Origin: Patescibacteria group bacterium
Lineage (GTDB): Bacteria; Patescibacteriota; Patescibacteriia; UBA10025; JAHIVO01
Assembly: GCA_041650915.1 (NCBI GenBank)
Contig: JBAZKE010000001.1
Location: 119,770-183,769, forward strand
Direction: 5' to 3'
DNA: 64,000 nt
In this document: piece after piece, positions 18,376 to 29,868 of the stretch
Layout of the letters: every line of letters starts with the position of its first letter
Numbering within the stretch: position 1 is the stretch's first letter
Program-made: the position numbers and the translations under genes
Notes under the pieces: generated by a model
Told to the model about the DNA's origin: nothing
What the model saw: only the letters and a program-made list of their open reading frames with translations
The model's database searches: none

Positions 18376-19700
18376 AACAATTTTGCCAAAAAGTCCAATC
18401 GTATGCGCTGTATCTGCTCATCTTTCTCTTGCCGTGGCAGACGCGCTGGATATGGCACCAAGGTTCCCTTAACGGCGGCGTGTGGGAGTACGGCACCTTC
18501 AGCCTGTACGCAACGGATATCCTGGCGGCAATCATCATCCTTTCCGGCATCGCACTCCACGCACGGACACGCGTCCGTTCCCTGGGCAGGATTGGCGGTA
18601 CGGTCGCGGCTTTCTTCCTCATCTGCTTCGTGACCGTTTTGTGGTCGGTGAACAAGGAGGTGTCGTGGTATGCTGCACTGAAGCTCCTCGAGTACGTCGC
18701 CCTGTTCTGGGCTGTTTCCCGTATGCAATTCAGGTGGCGCGGAGTTGCAGCGGCTTTCATTTCGAGCGGGTTTGTACAGGCGATCCTGGGAATCTACCAG
18801 TTTTTTTCCCAGCAGATCATCGAGAGCACGTGGTTCGGGCTCGCAGCGCACAGCCCGGACGTACTCGGCGATTTTGTCGTGGAAACCGCCGGAGGTAGGT
18901 TCCTGCGCGCGTACGGTTCCCTGCCGCATCCGAACATGCTCGCCGGTTTTCTCGTCGTCTGCCTCATCGTGATAATCGGTTACCTGTTCAAGGCGTATCG
19001 CAACCGGTCGGAAAACTTGCCGGCTATCATTCTCGCAGTTACCTCGTTCGTGGTCATGTACTACGGTCTCATACTTACCTTCTCCCGGAGTGCGTGGCTT
19101 GCCTTCGGGCTGGCGATCCTTGCACTCTTTGCGCTCGGGCTCTGGCACCGCGACGAGTACCGGCTCCGCATCCTCGTGCCGGTAACGCTGTGGATTGTCC
19201 TCGTGACAGCGTTCAGCGTGTATCTGCTGCCCGACCTGTGGGAGACGAGGATTACCGGTGGGAGGCTTGAACAGCAGTCGAGTGCAGAGCGCGTGTACTC
19301 GTATGGAGATGCAATCGAAATGATCCGCGGCAACTGGTATCAGGGGGTTGGCATCGGCAGTTATACGCAGGCGCTGTACGATGCTGACCATTCGCTTGAG
19401 TCGTGGGCGTACCAGCCTGCCCATAATGTATACTTGCTCGTCAGCGCTGAGTCGGGCGTTTTCGGCGGTGCGGTATTCCTCCTCCTGGTCGGCGAGGTCG
19501 GCGCGGCGATGCTCTGGAGGCGGAGGCGTGAACTCCGTACGGCGAGCTGGTATACCGTATACAGCCTGTCGTTTATTGTGCTGCTCATTGTCGGGCTGCT
19601 CGACCACTACCTGTGGTCACTCGCATTCGGCGGCATGCTCATGTGGCTGGTATTCGGGTTATGGGCGAAGCGGTATAGTGATTTTTCTGTGGATAACTAA
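18372..19700 (+). CDS. O-antigen ligase/polymerase-like (Wzy_C family) polytopic membrane protein
   Basis: ~10-12 hydrophobic segments; Wzy_C-like motif YQPAHNVYLLVSAESGVFGG in a large periplasmic-type loop. Confidence 0.65.
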   Translation: MKQFCQKVQSYALYLLIFLLPWQTRWIWHQGSLNGGVWEYGTFSLYATDILAAIIILSGIALHARTRVRSLGRIGGTVAAFFLICFVTVLWSVNKEVSWYAALKLLEYVALFWAVSRMQFRWRGVAAAFISSGFVQAILGIYQFFSQQIIESTWFGLAAHSPDVLGDFVVETAGGRFLRAYGSLPHPNMLAGFLVVCLIVIIGYLFKAYRNRSENLPAIILAVTSFVVMYYGLILTFSRSAWLAFGLAILALFALGLWHRDEYRLRILVPVTLWIVLVTAFSVYLLPDLWETRITGGRLEQQSSAERVYSYGDAIEMIRGNWYQGVGIGSYTQALYDADHSLESWAYQPAHNVYLLVSAESGVFGGAVFLLLVGEVGAAMLWRRRRELRTASWYTVYSLSFIVLLIVGLLDHYLWSLAFGGMLMWLVFGLWAKRYSDFSVDN

Positions 19701-19757
19701 GGGAAGCAATGTATTGAATCCTGTTTCTGATTAGAAAAAAGGCGATTTTATTGGGCA

Positions 19758-19786
19758 TTGACGAGTATTTTCTTATGCTATATTAT
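19758..19786 (+). promoter_or_regulatory. groESL promoter (TTGACG-17 nt-TATTAT)
   Basis: -35 TTGACG 19758-19763, 17-nt spacer, -10 TATTAT 19781-19786, directly upstream of CIRCE. Confidence 0.6.
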
Positions 19787-19798
19787 AGATACTGCACA

Positions 19799-19825
19799 TT
19801 AGCACTCTTAATATTTGAGTGCTAA
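19799..19825 (+). promoter_or_regulatory. CIRCE operator (HrcA binding site)
   Basis: Perfect TTAGCACTC-N9-GAGTGCTAA inverted repeat between promoter and groES. Confidence 0.85.
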
Positions 19826-19877
19826 TTTCAGCCAAAAAGTATTGAATCTAAGCTAAAAAATAATTAAGTAAGGCACT

Positions 19878-20153
19878 ATGAAACTAAAACCACTAGGCGA
19901 CCGTGTGATCGTAAAACCGGTAACCGACGAAGAGGTTACGAAATCAGGGATCGTACTTCCCGACACCGTTGAGAAGGAGAAGAAAGAGGAGGGCGAAGTG
20001 ATCGCAGTCGGCGACGGTGAAAAAATTTCCAAGCTCAAGCTGAAAAAAGGCGATAAGGTCATCTTTGGCAAGTACTCCGGAGAAGAGGTAACGCTGGACG
20101 ACGTAGAGTACAAGGTGCTGAAGGAGGATGACGTCCTCGCCAAGATTGAGTAG
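19878..20153 (+). CDS. groES: Co-chaperonin GroES
   Basis: MKLKPLGDRVIVKP...GIVLPDT...GDKVIFGKYSG canonical GroES. Confidence 0.93.
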   Translation: MKLKPLGDRVIVKPVTDEEVTKSGIVLPDTVEKEKKEEGEVIAVGDGEKISKLKLKKGDKVIFGKYSGEEVTLDDVEYKVLKEDDVLAKIE

Positions 20154-20161
20154 TTTTTTAA

Positions 20162-21829
<1,668 letters not shown>

Positions 21830-21852
21830 CATTTCATTCATTGGATATGGAA

Positions 21853-21878
21853 AGCCCCCGAACGATCGGGGGCTTTTT
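21853..21878 (+). terminator. Rho-independent terminator after groEL
   Basis: agcccccga-acga-tcgggggct hairpin followed by TTTTT. Confidence 0.75.
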
Positions 21879-21955
21879 GGCATGATTGCGGTAATGACGT
21901 TTGTCAACGGTGCCCAAATTTACTATACTTTAGGTAATGTAGCGAGAATATTTCT

Positions 21956-22447
21956 ATGGTTGATTACTCAACGCATACGAGTGCAGTCGAAGCTGGAGAT
22001 GAGGCAGATTCGCTGATTGCCGGTAAGAGCTTGGCGTTCTACTGGCGGGCGAGCAGGTTTTTTATCGTCGTACTCGCAGCCGCGACGGCCGCCTGTGAAA
22101 TCTATGAAGTGTCACGGTACATCAGGTGGGGATCGCTCGCGGTTATCTGCGTGCTGTTCTGTTCGTGGCTCATCGTCCGGTTCAACCTCAAGCTCGCAAC
22201 GGTACTCGCTGCCGCTGTTTACCTCGGCGCAATCACCGGCCTGGTGGTGGCGCTTTTTGATATTGTTTGGTACCATCAGTGGTGGTACCTGCTCAATATA
22301 ATTCGTAAACCGTTTATACTCGGTGGGATCAGCGTTGTTGCCGGTTTCGTTACATACCTGGTGCTGCAGAGCATCCGCACACGGGGCAACGCCGCAACAC
22401 CGAAAGGAGGTGGCACGTATGGAAGAACAAAAAAGCCAATCCGCTAG
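21956..22447 (+). CDS. Hypothetical 4-TM membrane protein
   Basis: ORF with four hydrophobic segments; start uncertain; overlaps next gene start by 29 nt. Confidence 0.4.
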   Translation: MVDYSTHTSAVEAGDEADSLIAGKSLAFYWRASRFFIVVLAAATAACEIYEVSRYIRWGSLAVICVLFCSWLIVRFNLKLATVLAAAVYLGAITGLVVALFDIVWYHQWWYLLNIIRKPFILGGISVVAGFVTYLVLQSIRTRGNAATPKGGGTYGRTKKPIR

Positions 22448-22736
22448 TACAGACAGCAACCTCATGGCAGCGCTGTCCTATGTCTGGGTTTTGAGCATCG
22501 TGATGCTGATCGTGAAGAAGGACGATGAGTTCGTCAAATTTCACGCCAAGCAGGGGACGGTGCTGTTTGTAGCGTCGATTATTGGCATGTCCCTTTCGAC
22601 CTTTGTCCTGTTTGTCGGGCCGCTGATCGGCATCGTGGTGGTTGTGCTTGAAATTTTCGGTTTCATCAAGGCGCTGTCCGGCGAGCGGTACAAGGTGCCG
22701 GTGGTAGGTGATCTCGCAGAAAAAATTAAGCTATAA
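22419..22736 (+). CDS. Small 2-TM membrane protein, DUF4870-like (FHAKQ motif)
   Basis: AGGAGG RBS before ATG 22419; SNLMAALSYVWVLSIVMLIVKKDDEFVKFHAKQG motif; tandem paralog follows. Confidence 0.6.
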   Translation: MEEQKSQSASTDSNLMAALSYVWVLSIVMLIVKKDDEFVKFHAKQGTVLFVASIIGMSLSTFVLFVGPLIGIVVVVLEIFGFIKALSGERYKVPVVGDLAEKIKL

Positions 22737-22795
22737 AAAATGTGCCGGGTTTATGGCCGGCGCATTCCTGCATTAAAATACTAACAGAGAAAGCA

Positions 22796-23119
22796 ATGGA
22801 AGAAAAGAAAGAAGAAAAGAAGCCTGAGGGCGCGCAGCCCGCTTCAAAAAATTCCGACAGCAACCTCATGGCAGCGCTGTCCTATGTCTGGGTTTTGAGC
22901 GTCGTGATGCTCGTCATTAAAAAGGACGATGAGTTCGTCAAATTTCACGCCAAGCAGGGGCTCGTGCTGTTCCTCGCGTCGTGGCTTGCCTGGATCCCCG
23001 CCATCGGGTGGGCGCTCGGGCTCGTCATCGTCGTGCTGGTCATCATCGGCTTCCTCAAGGCGCAGTCCGGCGAGCGATATAAGATGCCAGTGGTCGGTGA
23101 CATCGCAGAAAAATTTTAG
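22796..23119 (+). CDS. Small 2-TM membrane protein, DUF4870-like, tandem paralog
   Basis: ~80% identical core to the upstream gene including a 42-nt identical DNA stretch (22457-22498 vs 22857-22898). Confidence 0.6.
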   Translation: MEEKKEEKKPEGAQPASKNSDSNLMAALSYVWVLSVVMLVIKKDDEFVKFHAKQGLVLFLASWLAWIPAIGWALGLVIVVLVIIGFLKAQSGERYKMPVVGDIAEKF

Positions 23120-23223
23120 CAGATTCCGAACATCACAACCGATACAGGAGCTTACACTTCAGCTGTTAAGCTCCTTGTGGTATAATGAGAGCCATCGAGT
23201 TAATACGTAACAAATTTTATCGT

Positions 23224-25641
23224 ATGGCAACAGCACGGTCCAAGAAGCTCATCCTTTGGTTCAATGAGTTGGGGATCAAGGATGTTCCGCTCGTCGGCGG
23301 CAAGAACGCTTCGCTCGGCGAGATGTACCGCAACCTTACGAAAAAAGGCGTGAGCATTCCCAATGGCTATGCAGTGACCGCAGCAGCCTATTTTTATATA
23401 TTGGATAAAGCAGGCATCCGTGATGATGTAAAGCGGGTATTGAAAGATCTCAATACCCATAACCTCCGCAATTTGCAGGAGCGGGGCCGCAAGGTACGCC
23501 ATCTTATTTTAACAGCAAAATTCCCTGCTGATTTGGAGCAGGAAATAATCGCCAACTACCGGAAACTTGAGCGGCAGTACGGAAAAAACGTGGATGTGGC
23601 GGTCCGCTCGTCCGCCACGGCCGAAGACCTTCCGGATGCGTCATTTGCAGGCCAGCAGGAAACGTATCTGAATATCCGCGGCCCGAAAGCCTTGATTGCG
23701 GCGTGCCATCGGTGTTTTGCGTCGTTGTTTACCGATCGCGCGATTTCATACCGCGAGGATAAGCATTTTGACCATTTTTCGATCGGCTTGTCGATCGCAG
23801 TCCAGAAGATGGTGCGCTCGGATAAAGCCGCGTCGGGCGTCATGTTTTCGATCGACACCGAATCCGGGCACAAGGACATGGTGCTGATCAATGCAGCGTA
23901 CGGCCTCGGTGAAAACGTGGTGCAGGGCGCGGTCAGCCCGGATGAGTTTTACGTGCACAAGCCTACGCTGAAAAAAGGGTTTCGGCCGATCGTATCCAAA
24001 ACATTGGGCACCAAGCGCATCAAGATGGTGTATGCGACGGGCGCCAGACCCACGAAGAATATTCCGGTTCCGAATCGCGATCGCATGCGCTATTGCATCA
24101 CTGATAATGAGATTTTGACCCTTGCGCGGTGGGCTGCAATTATTGAAGACCATTATTCAAAAGAGGCCGGCCATTTCAAGCCGATGGACATGGAATGGGC
24201 AAAGGACGGACAGACCGGCAAGCTGTTTATCGTCCAGGCGCGGCCAGAGACGGTCGTTTCACAGCGCAATGCGAACGTATTGGAGGAATACACTTTGGTT
24301 AAGCCGGGCAAGATATTGGTTTCCGGGTCTCCGGTCGGCCAGAAGATCGGAGCCGGCCGCGCGAACGTGATCAAGGACGTGGGCGGCATCCATTCGTTCC
24401 AAAAAGGCGATGTGCTCGTTACCCACATGACAGACCCTGACTGGGAGCCGATCATGAAGATCGCGTCCGCGATCGTTACCAACGAGGGCGGCCGCACGTC
24501 GCACGCGGCAATCGTTTCCCGCGAGCTCGGGATTCCCGCGATCGTCGGTTCGGAAAACGCGACCCGGAAAATTAAAACCAACCAGCACGTGACCGTCAGC
24601 TGCGCGGAAGGGGATGTCGGCCATGTGTACGCGGGCAAGCTGCCGTTCAAGGTAAAGCGCACGAACCTGTCGAAGATGGGCCGGCCGAAATATACGAAGG
24701 TTAAAATGATTTTCGGTACGCCGGAAATGGCGTTTCGGACTGCGCAGGTGCCGAATGACGGCGTCGGTTTGGCCCGGCAGGAATTCATCATCAATTCGTA
24801 CATCAAGATACACCCGATGGCCCTGATCAATTTCAAGAGTTTAAAGGATGCGAAAGCAAGGAAAACCATCGAAGCGCTGACAATCGGATACGCCGACAAA
24901 AAGCAGTACTACATCGATAAACTGGGATACGGCATCGCGACCATCGCGGCAGCGTTTTATCCCAATGAGGTTATTGTCCGGCTGTCCGATTTCCGGTCCA
25001 ATGAATACGCTGATTTGGTCGGCGGCCATGAATTCGAACCGGTCGAGCGCAACCCGATGATCGGCTGGCGCGGGGCGTCCCGGTACTATGATCCTGACTA
25101 CCGTCCGGCGTTTGACCTGGAGTGCAAAGCCCTCAAATACGTGCGGGATGTCATGGGATTGACGAACGTCAAGGTCATGATTCCGTTTTGCCGCACTATT
25201 GAGGAAGCGGTCAAGGTAAAGAAAGCAATGGCAGACAACGGCCTCAAGCAGCACGTGAACGGGCTTGAGCTGTATGTGATGTGCGAGATTCCGTCCAATG
25301 TCGTTCTCGCGGACCAGTTTTCAAAGATTGTCGACGGCTTCTCAATCGGCTCCAATGACCTCACCCAGCTCACGCTCGGGCTTGACCGCGATGCGGGCAT
25401 GCTGACCCACGTCGGCGATGAAACAAATGAGGCGGTGAAGCGCCTTATTGCCCAGGTTATCCATACTGCGCGCACGTACAAGCGGGATATCGGCATCTGC
25501 GGCCAGGCGCCGTCCGACCATCCTGGGTACGCAGAGTTTCTGGCAAAAGAAGGCATCAACAGCGTTTCGGTGACGCCGGACCGGGTGATTAAAACGACGA
25601 TGAATATCCTGAAGCTCGAGAAGAAAAAGAGGAAGCGGTAG
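23224..25641 (+). CDS. ppsA: Phosphoenolpyruvate synthase (pyruvate, water dikinase)
   Basis: N-terminal PEP/pyruvate-binding ATP-grasp (LGIKDVPLVGGKNASLGEM), phosphohistidine domain GGRTSHAAIVSRELGIPAIVG, C-terminal PEP-utilizing TIM barrel; ~800 aa. Confidence 0.88.
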   Translation: MATARSKKLILWFNELGIKDVPLVGGKNASLGEMYRNLTKKGVSIPNGYAVTAAAYFYILDKAGIRDDVKRVLKDLNTHNLRNLQERGRKVRHLILTAKFPADLEQEIIANYRKLERQYGKNVDVAVRSSATAEDLPDASFAGQQETYLNIRGPKALIAACHRCFASLFTDRAISYREDKHFDHFSIGLSIAVQKMVRSDKAASGVMFSIDTESGHKDMVLINAAYGLGENVVQGAVSPDEFYVHKPTLKKGFRPIVSKTLGTKRIKMVYATGARPTKNIPVPNRDRMRYCITDNEILTLARWAAIIEDHYSKEAGHFKPMDMEWAKDGQTGKLFIVQARPETVVSQRNANVLEEYTLVKPGKILVSGSPVGQKIGAGRANVIKDVGGIHSFQKGDVLVTHMTDPDWEPIMKIASAIVTNEGGRTSHAAIVSRELGIPAIVGSENATRKIKTNQHVTVSCAEGDVGHVYAGKLPFKVKRTNLSKMGRPKYTKVKMIFGTPEMAFRTAQVPNDGVGLARQEFIINSYIKIHPMALINFKSLKDAKARKTIEALTIGYADKKQYYIDKLGYGIATIAAAFYPNEVIVRLSDFRSNEYADLVGGHEFEPVERNPMIGWRGASRYYDPDYRPAFDLECKALKYVRDVMGLTNVKVMIPFCRTIEEAVKVKKAMADNGLKQHVNGLELYVMCEIPSNVVLADQFSKIVDGFSIGSNDLTQLTLGLDRDAGMLTHVGDETNEAVKRLIAQVIHTARTYKRDIGICGQAPSDHPGYAEFLAKEGINSVSVTPDRVIKTTMNILKLEKKKRKR

Positions 25642-25833
25642 CCATGATGCGACATATTAAAAAAAAGAGGGGCAGTGGCATGAACACTGTCCCTTTTCGC
25701 ATTGCTAAATTTCACAGTACTTTACCGCTTGTCAGCGCGCGAGATGCATCCCGGACGTCACGAGACGTTAATCGCACAACGCACGATTGTGAGGAAACGG
25801 ATCTCTTTGCTGAGAAGCTCATGCTGGCTTTTA

Positions 25834-26094
25834 TTAAAGTACTGTGCCGCGCATGCCAGGTCCAGCCAACGCCGAAGCATTGACCGACGATTCTCCACCG
25901 ATGAAGATCGTTCGACCGGACGTTGCCCCCGTCATGGCAGGTGAATAGGCATCCACCGCCTGAATAGTGAGAGCATCATCCGGATGCCTTACAGTTTGAT
26001 CACACCAAGGCAACCATACTGTAAGTATACCTGCGTCTATGCACGGAAGAGCTATCATTCCTAACACGCAGAGCGTGTCAATGAATGGGGACAT
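25834..26094 (-). CDS. Hypothetical small protein (hydrophobic N-terminus)
   Basis: GGAGGTG RBS 5 nt upstream of ATG at 26094 (minus strand); lower-GC region; no homology recognised. Confidence 0.3.
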   Translation of the reverse strand: MSPFIDTLCVLGMIALPCIDAGILTVWLPWCDQTVRHPDDALTIQAVDAYSPAMTGATSGRTIFIGGESSVNASALAGPGMRGTVL

Positions 26095-26339
26095 ACTTGC
26101 ACCTCCGTACCTGTCGGCATATTAGCTAAACTGGGTAATTTGTCAATAGTTACGCGAAGATTGAATTGTTGACAGACTGTTAATACCGTTGCGTACTTGC
26201 ACGCTCAGTGCTATGGTATACTGGCTTTAGGCACTTTTTTGCCTGCAGCAGGCACATTCGGGGAGGTTGTCCTTCGGCCGCTGCGGTCTCAGGATAAATT
26301 CCGTGGCTGGGTTGTTTTTTAAAAAAGTGTTGTGCGCCT

Positions 26340-26426
26340 GGAGGCGTGCCAGAGTGGTTGAATGGGCGTCCCTGGAAAGGACGTATACCTTCACGGGTAT
26401 CAGGGGTTCGAATCCTCTCGCCTCCG
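26340..26426 (+). tRNA. tRNA-Ser (anticodon GGA)
   Basis: Acceptor GGAGGCG/CGCCTCC, 3-bp D stem, anticodon stem CGTCC/GGACG loop CTGGAAA (GGA), long variable arm ATACC-TTCACG-GGTAT, T-arm AGGGG-TTCGAAT-CCTCT. Confidence 0.85.
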
Positions 26427-26606
26427 AATCCACGCCCTGACGAATGTCAGGGCCCCTCTGTCATCAAATATCCAGTTTTTCAGAAGGTACAATTAATTCG
26501 CAACGCTGATACCTTTGCTCCATTCATCCTGAATCAAATCTGATTTCTCCATGCGCATCGGAGTAAAAAGCGGGCTGCAGCCAGCCCGTAGCGCTATAGC
26601 ATATCC

Positions 26607-28403
26607 ATGCCAGACAATATCGAGGAAATTAAATCAAAGGTCGACGTTGTCGACCTCATACAGGAGTACATACAGCTCAAACCGGCGGGGACAAACAGCT
26701 TCAAGGCAAATTGCCCCTTCCACAATGAGAAGACGCCGTCGTTTGTCGTATCGCGCGATAAGCAGATATGGCACTGCTTCGGGTGCGGCGAAGGCGGTGA
26801 TATTTTTACTTTTGTCCAGCAGATGGAGGGCCTCGAATTTCCCGAAGCGCTCCGCATGCTCGCCAGAAAAGCGGGCGTCCAGCTCCAGTACCAGGATCCG
26901 GCGATCAGCAGCCGGAAAACGAAGCTCTACGATATCTGCAAAGCGGCTGCCGATTTTTACCACAAGTTGCTGCTCGACCACCCGAAGGCGCAGTTCGTGA
27001 GGGAGTATCTCGGGAAGCGGGGCGTGTCTGGCGAAACGGTTAGCCGGTGGCAGCTCGGGTACGCGCCCGATGCGTGGGATGTTCTCTCTGCGTACCTCAA
27101 AAAGAAGTATCCGGAGGACGACATCTTCCAGGCTGGCCTCACGCTCAAGAAGGATCGGGGAGTCGGGTTCAATGACCGGTTCCGCAACCGCCTCATGTTT
27201 CCGATCTGGGATACGAACGGCAATACCGTCGGATTCGGCGGCCGGTGGCTCGGGAAGGAGGAGAACATCGCAAAGTACATCAATACCCCGCAGACCATCA
27301 TCTACAATAAGAGCAACGTACTGTACGGCATCGATAAGGCAAAGACTGACATTAAGAAGTCTAAGCTTGCGGTCGTCGTTGAAGGCTATATGGACTGCAT
27401 CGCATCGCACCAGGCGGGCGTTACGAACGTTGTTGCTTCATCGGGCACGGCGCTGACGCCGGACCAGGTGCGGCTCCTCAAGCGATTCACGTCGCATATC
27501 GCGTTCGCTTTTGACCAGGATCTCGCGGGGGACACCGCAGCGAAGCGGGGAATTGAGGTCGCATGGCAGGAAGAGATGAGCACGAAGGTTATCCTGCTGC
27601 CGGGCGCATCCAAGGATCCCGATGAGCTCATCAAAGAGCAGGGCGTCGGCGTGTGGAAGCGGGCGATACAAGAGGCGCAATCGGTCATGGATTACTACTT
27701 TGAGTCGACACTCAAGAATGTCGACGCGACTGACGTTGAGGTGAAGAAGAGCGCAGCAAAAACGCTGCTGCCGGTAATTGCAAAGCTCGTCGACCAGATA
27801 GAGCAAACGCACTATCTGCAGAAGCTTGCGACGACGCTCCGTGTCGACGAGCGCGTGCTCCGCGATAAGCTCGGCCAGCTCAGGGCGAAAGCCTTGCGTC
27901 CCTCAGCGCCCGCAGCAAACCTCCATGAAAAAAAGAATATCGACCGTTTTCACACGCTCGCGGAGAGCGTGGTCGGCATAGCGCTTAATTATCCCGATCT
28001 CGTTCCGCGCATCAGCGAGACGTTGCCTCCTGACTATATCCAGGATGAACAGCTGCGCCGACTTTACAAACAGGCGATAGTTTATTATACTGAAAAGCAC
28101 ATTTTTGATTACCGGGCTTTTCTCAAAATGCTCGGATCGGCGGATGGTGGCGCAAGCCTCAGAACGTACGCTGAGGTACTCTCGCTCCGCGTGGAGCATG
28201 AGTATGCAAGCCTCGATGAAAGGTCTCTTGAGCAGCTCGTTACGCACGGTATACGAGAGCTCAAGGCGCAGCACGTACGCTCCGCGCTCCGCGATGTTGA
28301 GGCGCAGCTACGCGAGGCTGAGGCGAATCGCAATTCAGCAGCGGTAGATCAGCTGAGCGCCCGGTTTACCGAGCTTACCGCCGAGCTTAAGCAGTCGGAG
28401 TAG
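26607..28403 (+). CDS. dnaG: DNA primase
   Basis: CHC2 zinc finger CPFHNEKTPSF...HCFGCGEGGD, TOPRIM domain (VVVEGYMDCIA), DnaB-binding C-terminus. Confidence 0.9.
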   Translation: MPDNIEEIKSKVDVVDLIQEYIQLKPAGTNSFKANCPFHNEKTPSFVVSRDKQIWHCFGCGEGGDIFTFVQQMEGLEFPEALRMLARKAGVQLQYQDPAISSRKTKLYDICKAAADFYHKLLLDHPKAQFVREYLGKRGVSGETVSRWQLGYAPDAWDVLSAYLKKKYPEDDIFQAGLTLKKDRGVGFNDRFRNRLMFPIWDTNGNTVGFGGRWLGKEENIAKYINTPQTIIYNKSNVLYGIDKAKTDIKKSKLAVVVEGYMDCIASHQAGVTNVVASSGTALTPDQVRLLKRFTSHIAFAFDQDLAGDTAAKRGIEVAWQEEMSTKVILLPGASKDPDELIKEQGVGVWKRAIQEAQSVMDYYFESTLKNVDATDVEVKKSAAKTLLPVIAKLVDQIEQTHYLQKLATTLRVDERVLRDKLGQLRAKALRPSAPAANLHEKKNIDRFHTLAESVVGIALNYPDLVPRISETLPPDYIQDEQLRRLYKQAIVYYTEKHIFDYRAFLKMLGSADGGASLRTYAEVLSLRVEHEYASLDERSLEQLVTHGIRELKAQHVRSALRDVEAQLREAEANRNSAAVDQLSARFTELTAELKQSE

Positions 28404-28432
28404 CCCCTTTTTCTTTATTGTAATGATCTGAT

Positions 28433-29704
28433 ATGCCAATTAAGGCGAAAACGAAAGCAAAAAAGACAATCAAGCATACAACGAAGGCGAATAAAAAAAC
28501 TCGGGCAGCTCGCGCACCGGCACAGAAAAAAACAACCCACCGTAAGGCATCGGTAAAAAGGGGAGGGACACAGGGGACTAGCCGAACAGCCCTCAAGAAA
28601 AGAGCATCCGCGAAAAAGGTTGTGCTCGATCTTAGGAAGCTCGAAAAGCTGTATGCAAAGGGGCATTCGCGCGGTTTCGTTACCGAGACGGAGATCCTCT
28701 ATACGTTTCCCGAGCTAGAAGAGTACGTTGCTCAGTACGAGGATTTTTTGGAACAGCTCGAAACAGGCGGCGTCCAGGTTGTGGAGAATACCGGCAATAT
28801 TCTCGATGATCGGCAGTCGATCCTGGACGAGAAGCCGAAGAAAGAGGTCGACCGCCGCCGGCTCGATCTTTCTGATATTTCAAACGATTCTATCCAGATG
28901 TACCTGCGGGAGATCGGTAAGGTACCGTTGCTCAAACAGGAGGAGGAGCTCCAGCTCGCCAAGCGGAAGGAGAAGGGAGACGTGGAAGCGCAGCGCAAGC
29001 TCGTTGAAGCAAACCTCCGGCTCGTTGTCTCGATCGGCAAGAAGTTTACCGGCCGCTCCCTCTCGCTCCTCGATCTGATCCAGGAGGGCAACATCGGCCT
29101 CTTCCGTGCGGTGGAGAAGTTTGATTACCGCAAGGGGTATAAATTTTCTACCTACGCGACGTGGTGGATCCGCCAGGCGATCACGAGAGCGCTCGCCGAC
29201 CAATCACGCACTATCCGCATCCCCGTGCATATGGTTGAAACGATCAACCGCTTCCAGCAGGTTGAGCGCCAGCTAATCCAGGATCTCGGCCGGGAGCCGC
29301 TTCCGGAGGAGATTGCGGCCGAGATGGGCGAACCGGTTGACAAGATACACCATATTATGAAAATATCCCAGGACACGGTCTCGCTCGAGACATCGGTTGG
29401 CGACAGCGACGACGAGGATTCAGTGCTCGGTGACTTTATTGAGGATGTGAAGACGATCACGCCGGACCGTGTCGCTGCGATGCAGCTGCTCAAAGACCAC
29501 GTCCGCGAGATCATCAGGGAGCTCTCAGCCCGTGAACAGAAGATCCTCGAGATGCGGTTTGGGCTGCAGGACGGCGTTTCACACACGCTTGAAGAGGTTG
29601 GCCAAGAGTTCGGCGTTACCCGCGAGCGCATCCGCCAGATTGAAGCAAAGGCGCTCGAAAAGATTGAGGAGCACAAAGGCATGAAGAAACTGCGCGATTA
29701 TTAA
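28433..29704 (+). CDS. rpoD: RNA polymerase sigma factor RpoD (sigma-70) with basic N-terminal extension
   Basis: Regions 1.2-4 present: region 2 ([20 protein letters not shown]), region 4 ([24 protein letters not shown]); immediately downstream of dnaG. Confidence 0.92.
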   Translation: MPIKAKTKAKKTIKHTTKANKKTRAARAPAQKKTTHRKASVKRGGTQGTSRTALKKRASAKKVVLDLRKLEKLYAKGHSRGFVTETEILYTFPELEEYVAQYEDFLEQLETGGVQVVENTGNILDDRQSILDEKPKKEVDRRRLDLSDISNDSIQMYLREIGKVPLLKQEEELQLAKRKEKGDVEAQRKLVEANLRLVVSIGKKFTGRSLSLLDLIQEGNIGLFRAVEKFDYRKGYKFSTYATWWIRQAITRALADQSRTIRIPVHMVETINRFQQVERQLIQDLGREPLPEEIAAEMGEPVDKIHHIMKISQDTVSLETSVGDSDDEDSVLGDFIEDVKTITPDRVAAMQLLKDHVREIIRELSAREQKILEMRFGLQDGVSHTLEEVGQEFGVTRERIRQIEAKALEKIEEHKGMKKLRDY

Positions 29705-29725
29705 AAAAGAGTTTTTCACGATCAT

Positions 29726-29766
29726 CCCTGCACCACTCCGCGATAGCTCCCCGTCATTCGACGGGG
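29726..29766 (+). repeat. Partial duplicate of tRNA-Asn 5' end fused to a 7-bp-stem hairpin
   Basis: ccctgcaccactccgcgatagctcc (29726-29750) is 22/25 identical to the leader+5' end of tRNA-Asn at 29786-29810, followed by ccccgtc-attc-gacgggg hairpin. Confidence 0.6.
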
Positions 29767-29796
29767 CAGGCAATGGTCACATGATACCCGCACCAC

Positions 29797-29868
29797 TCCG
29801 CGATAGCTCAATGGTAGAGCAACCGGCTGTTAACCGGTAGGTTGTCGGTTCGAGCCCGACTCGCGGAG
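29797..29868 (+). tRNA. tRNA-Asn (anticodon GTT), copy 1
   Basis: Acceptor TCCGCGA/TCGCGGA, D-arm GCTC-AATGGTA-GAGC, anticodon stem ACCGG/CCGGT loop CTGTTAA, T-arm GTCGG-TTCGAGC-CCGAC; acceptor helix extended by flanking complementary cccgcaccac/gtggtgcggg. Confidence 0.85.

Noticed and set aside
18342-19607. 421-aa minus-strand ORF
   Set aside because: It is antisense to the O-antigen-ligase-like gene. Its composition is Arg/Pro-rich, typical of a reverse-frame artefact.
26346-26543. 65-aa ORF overlapping tRNA-Ser
   Set aside because: It reads through the tRNA gene, so it is spurious.
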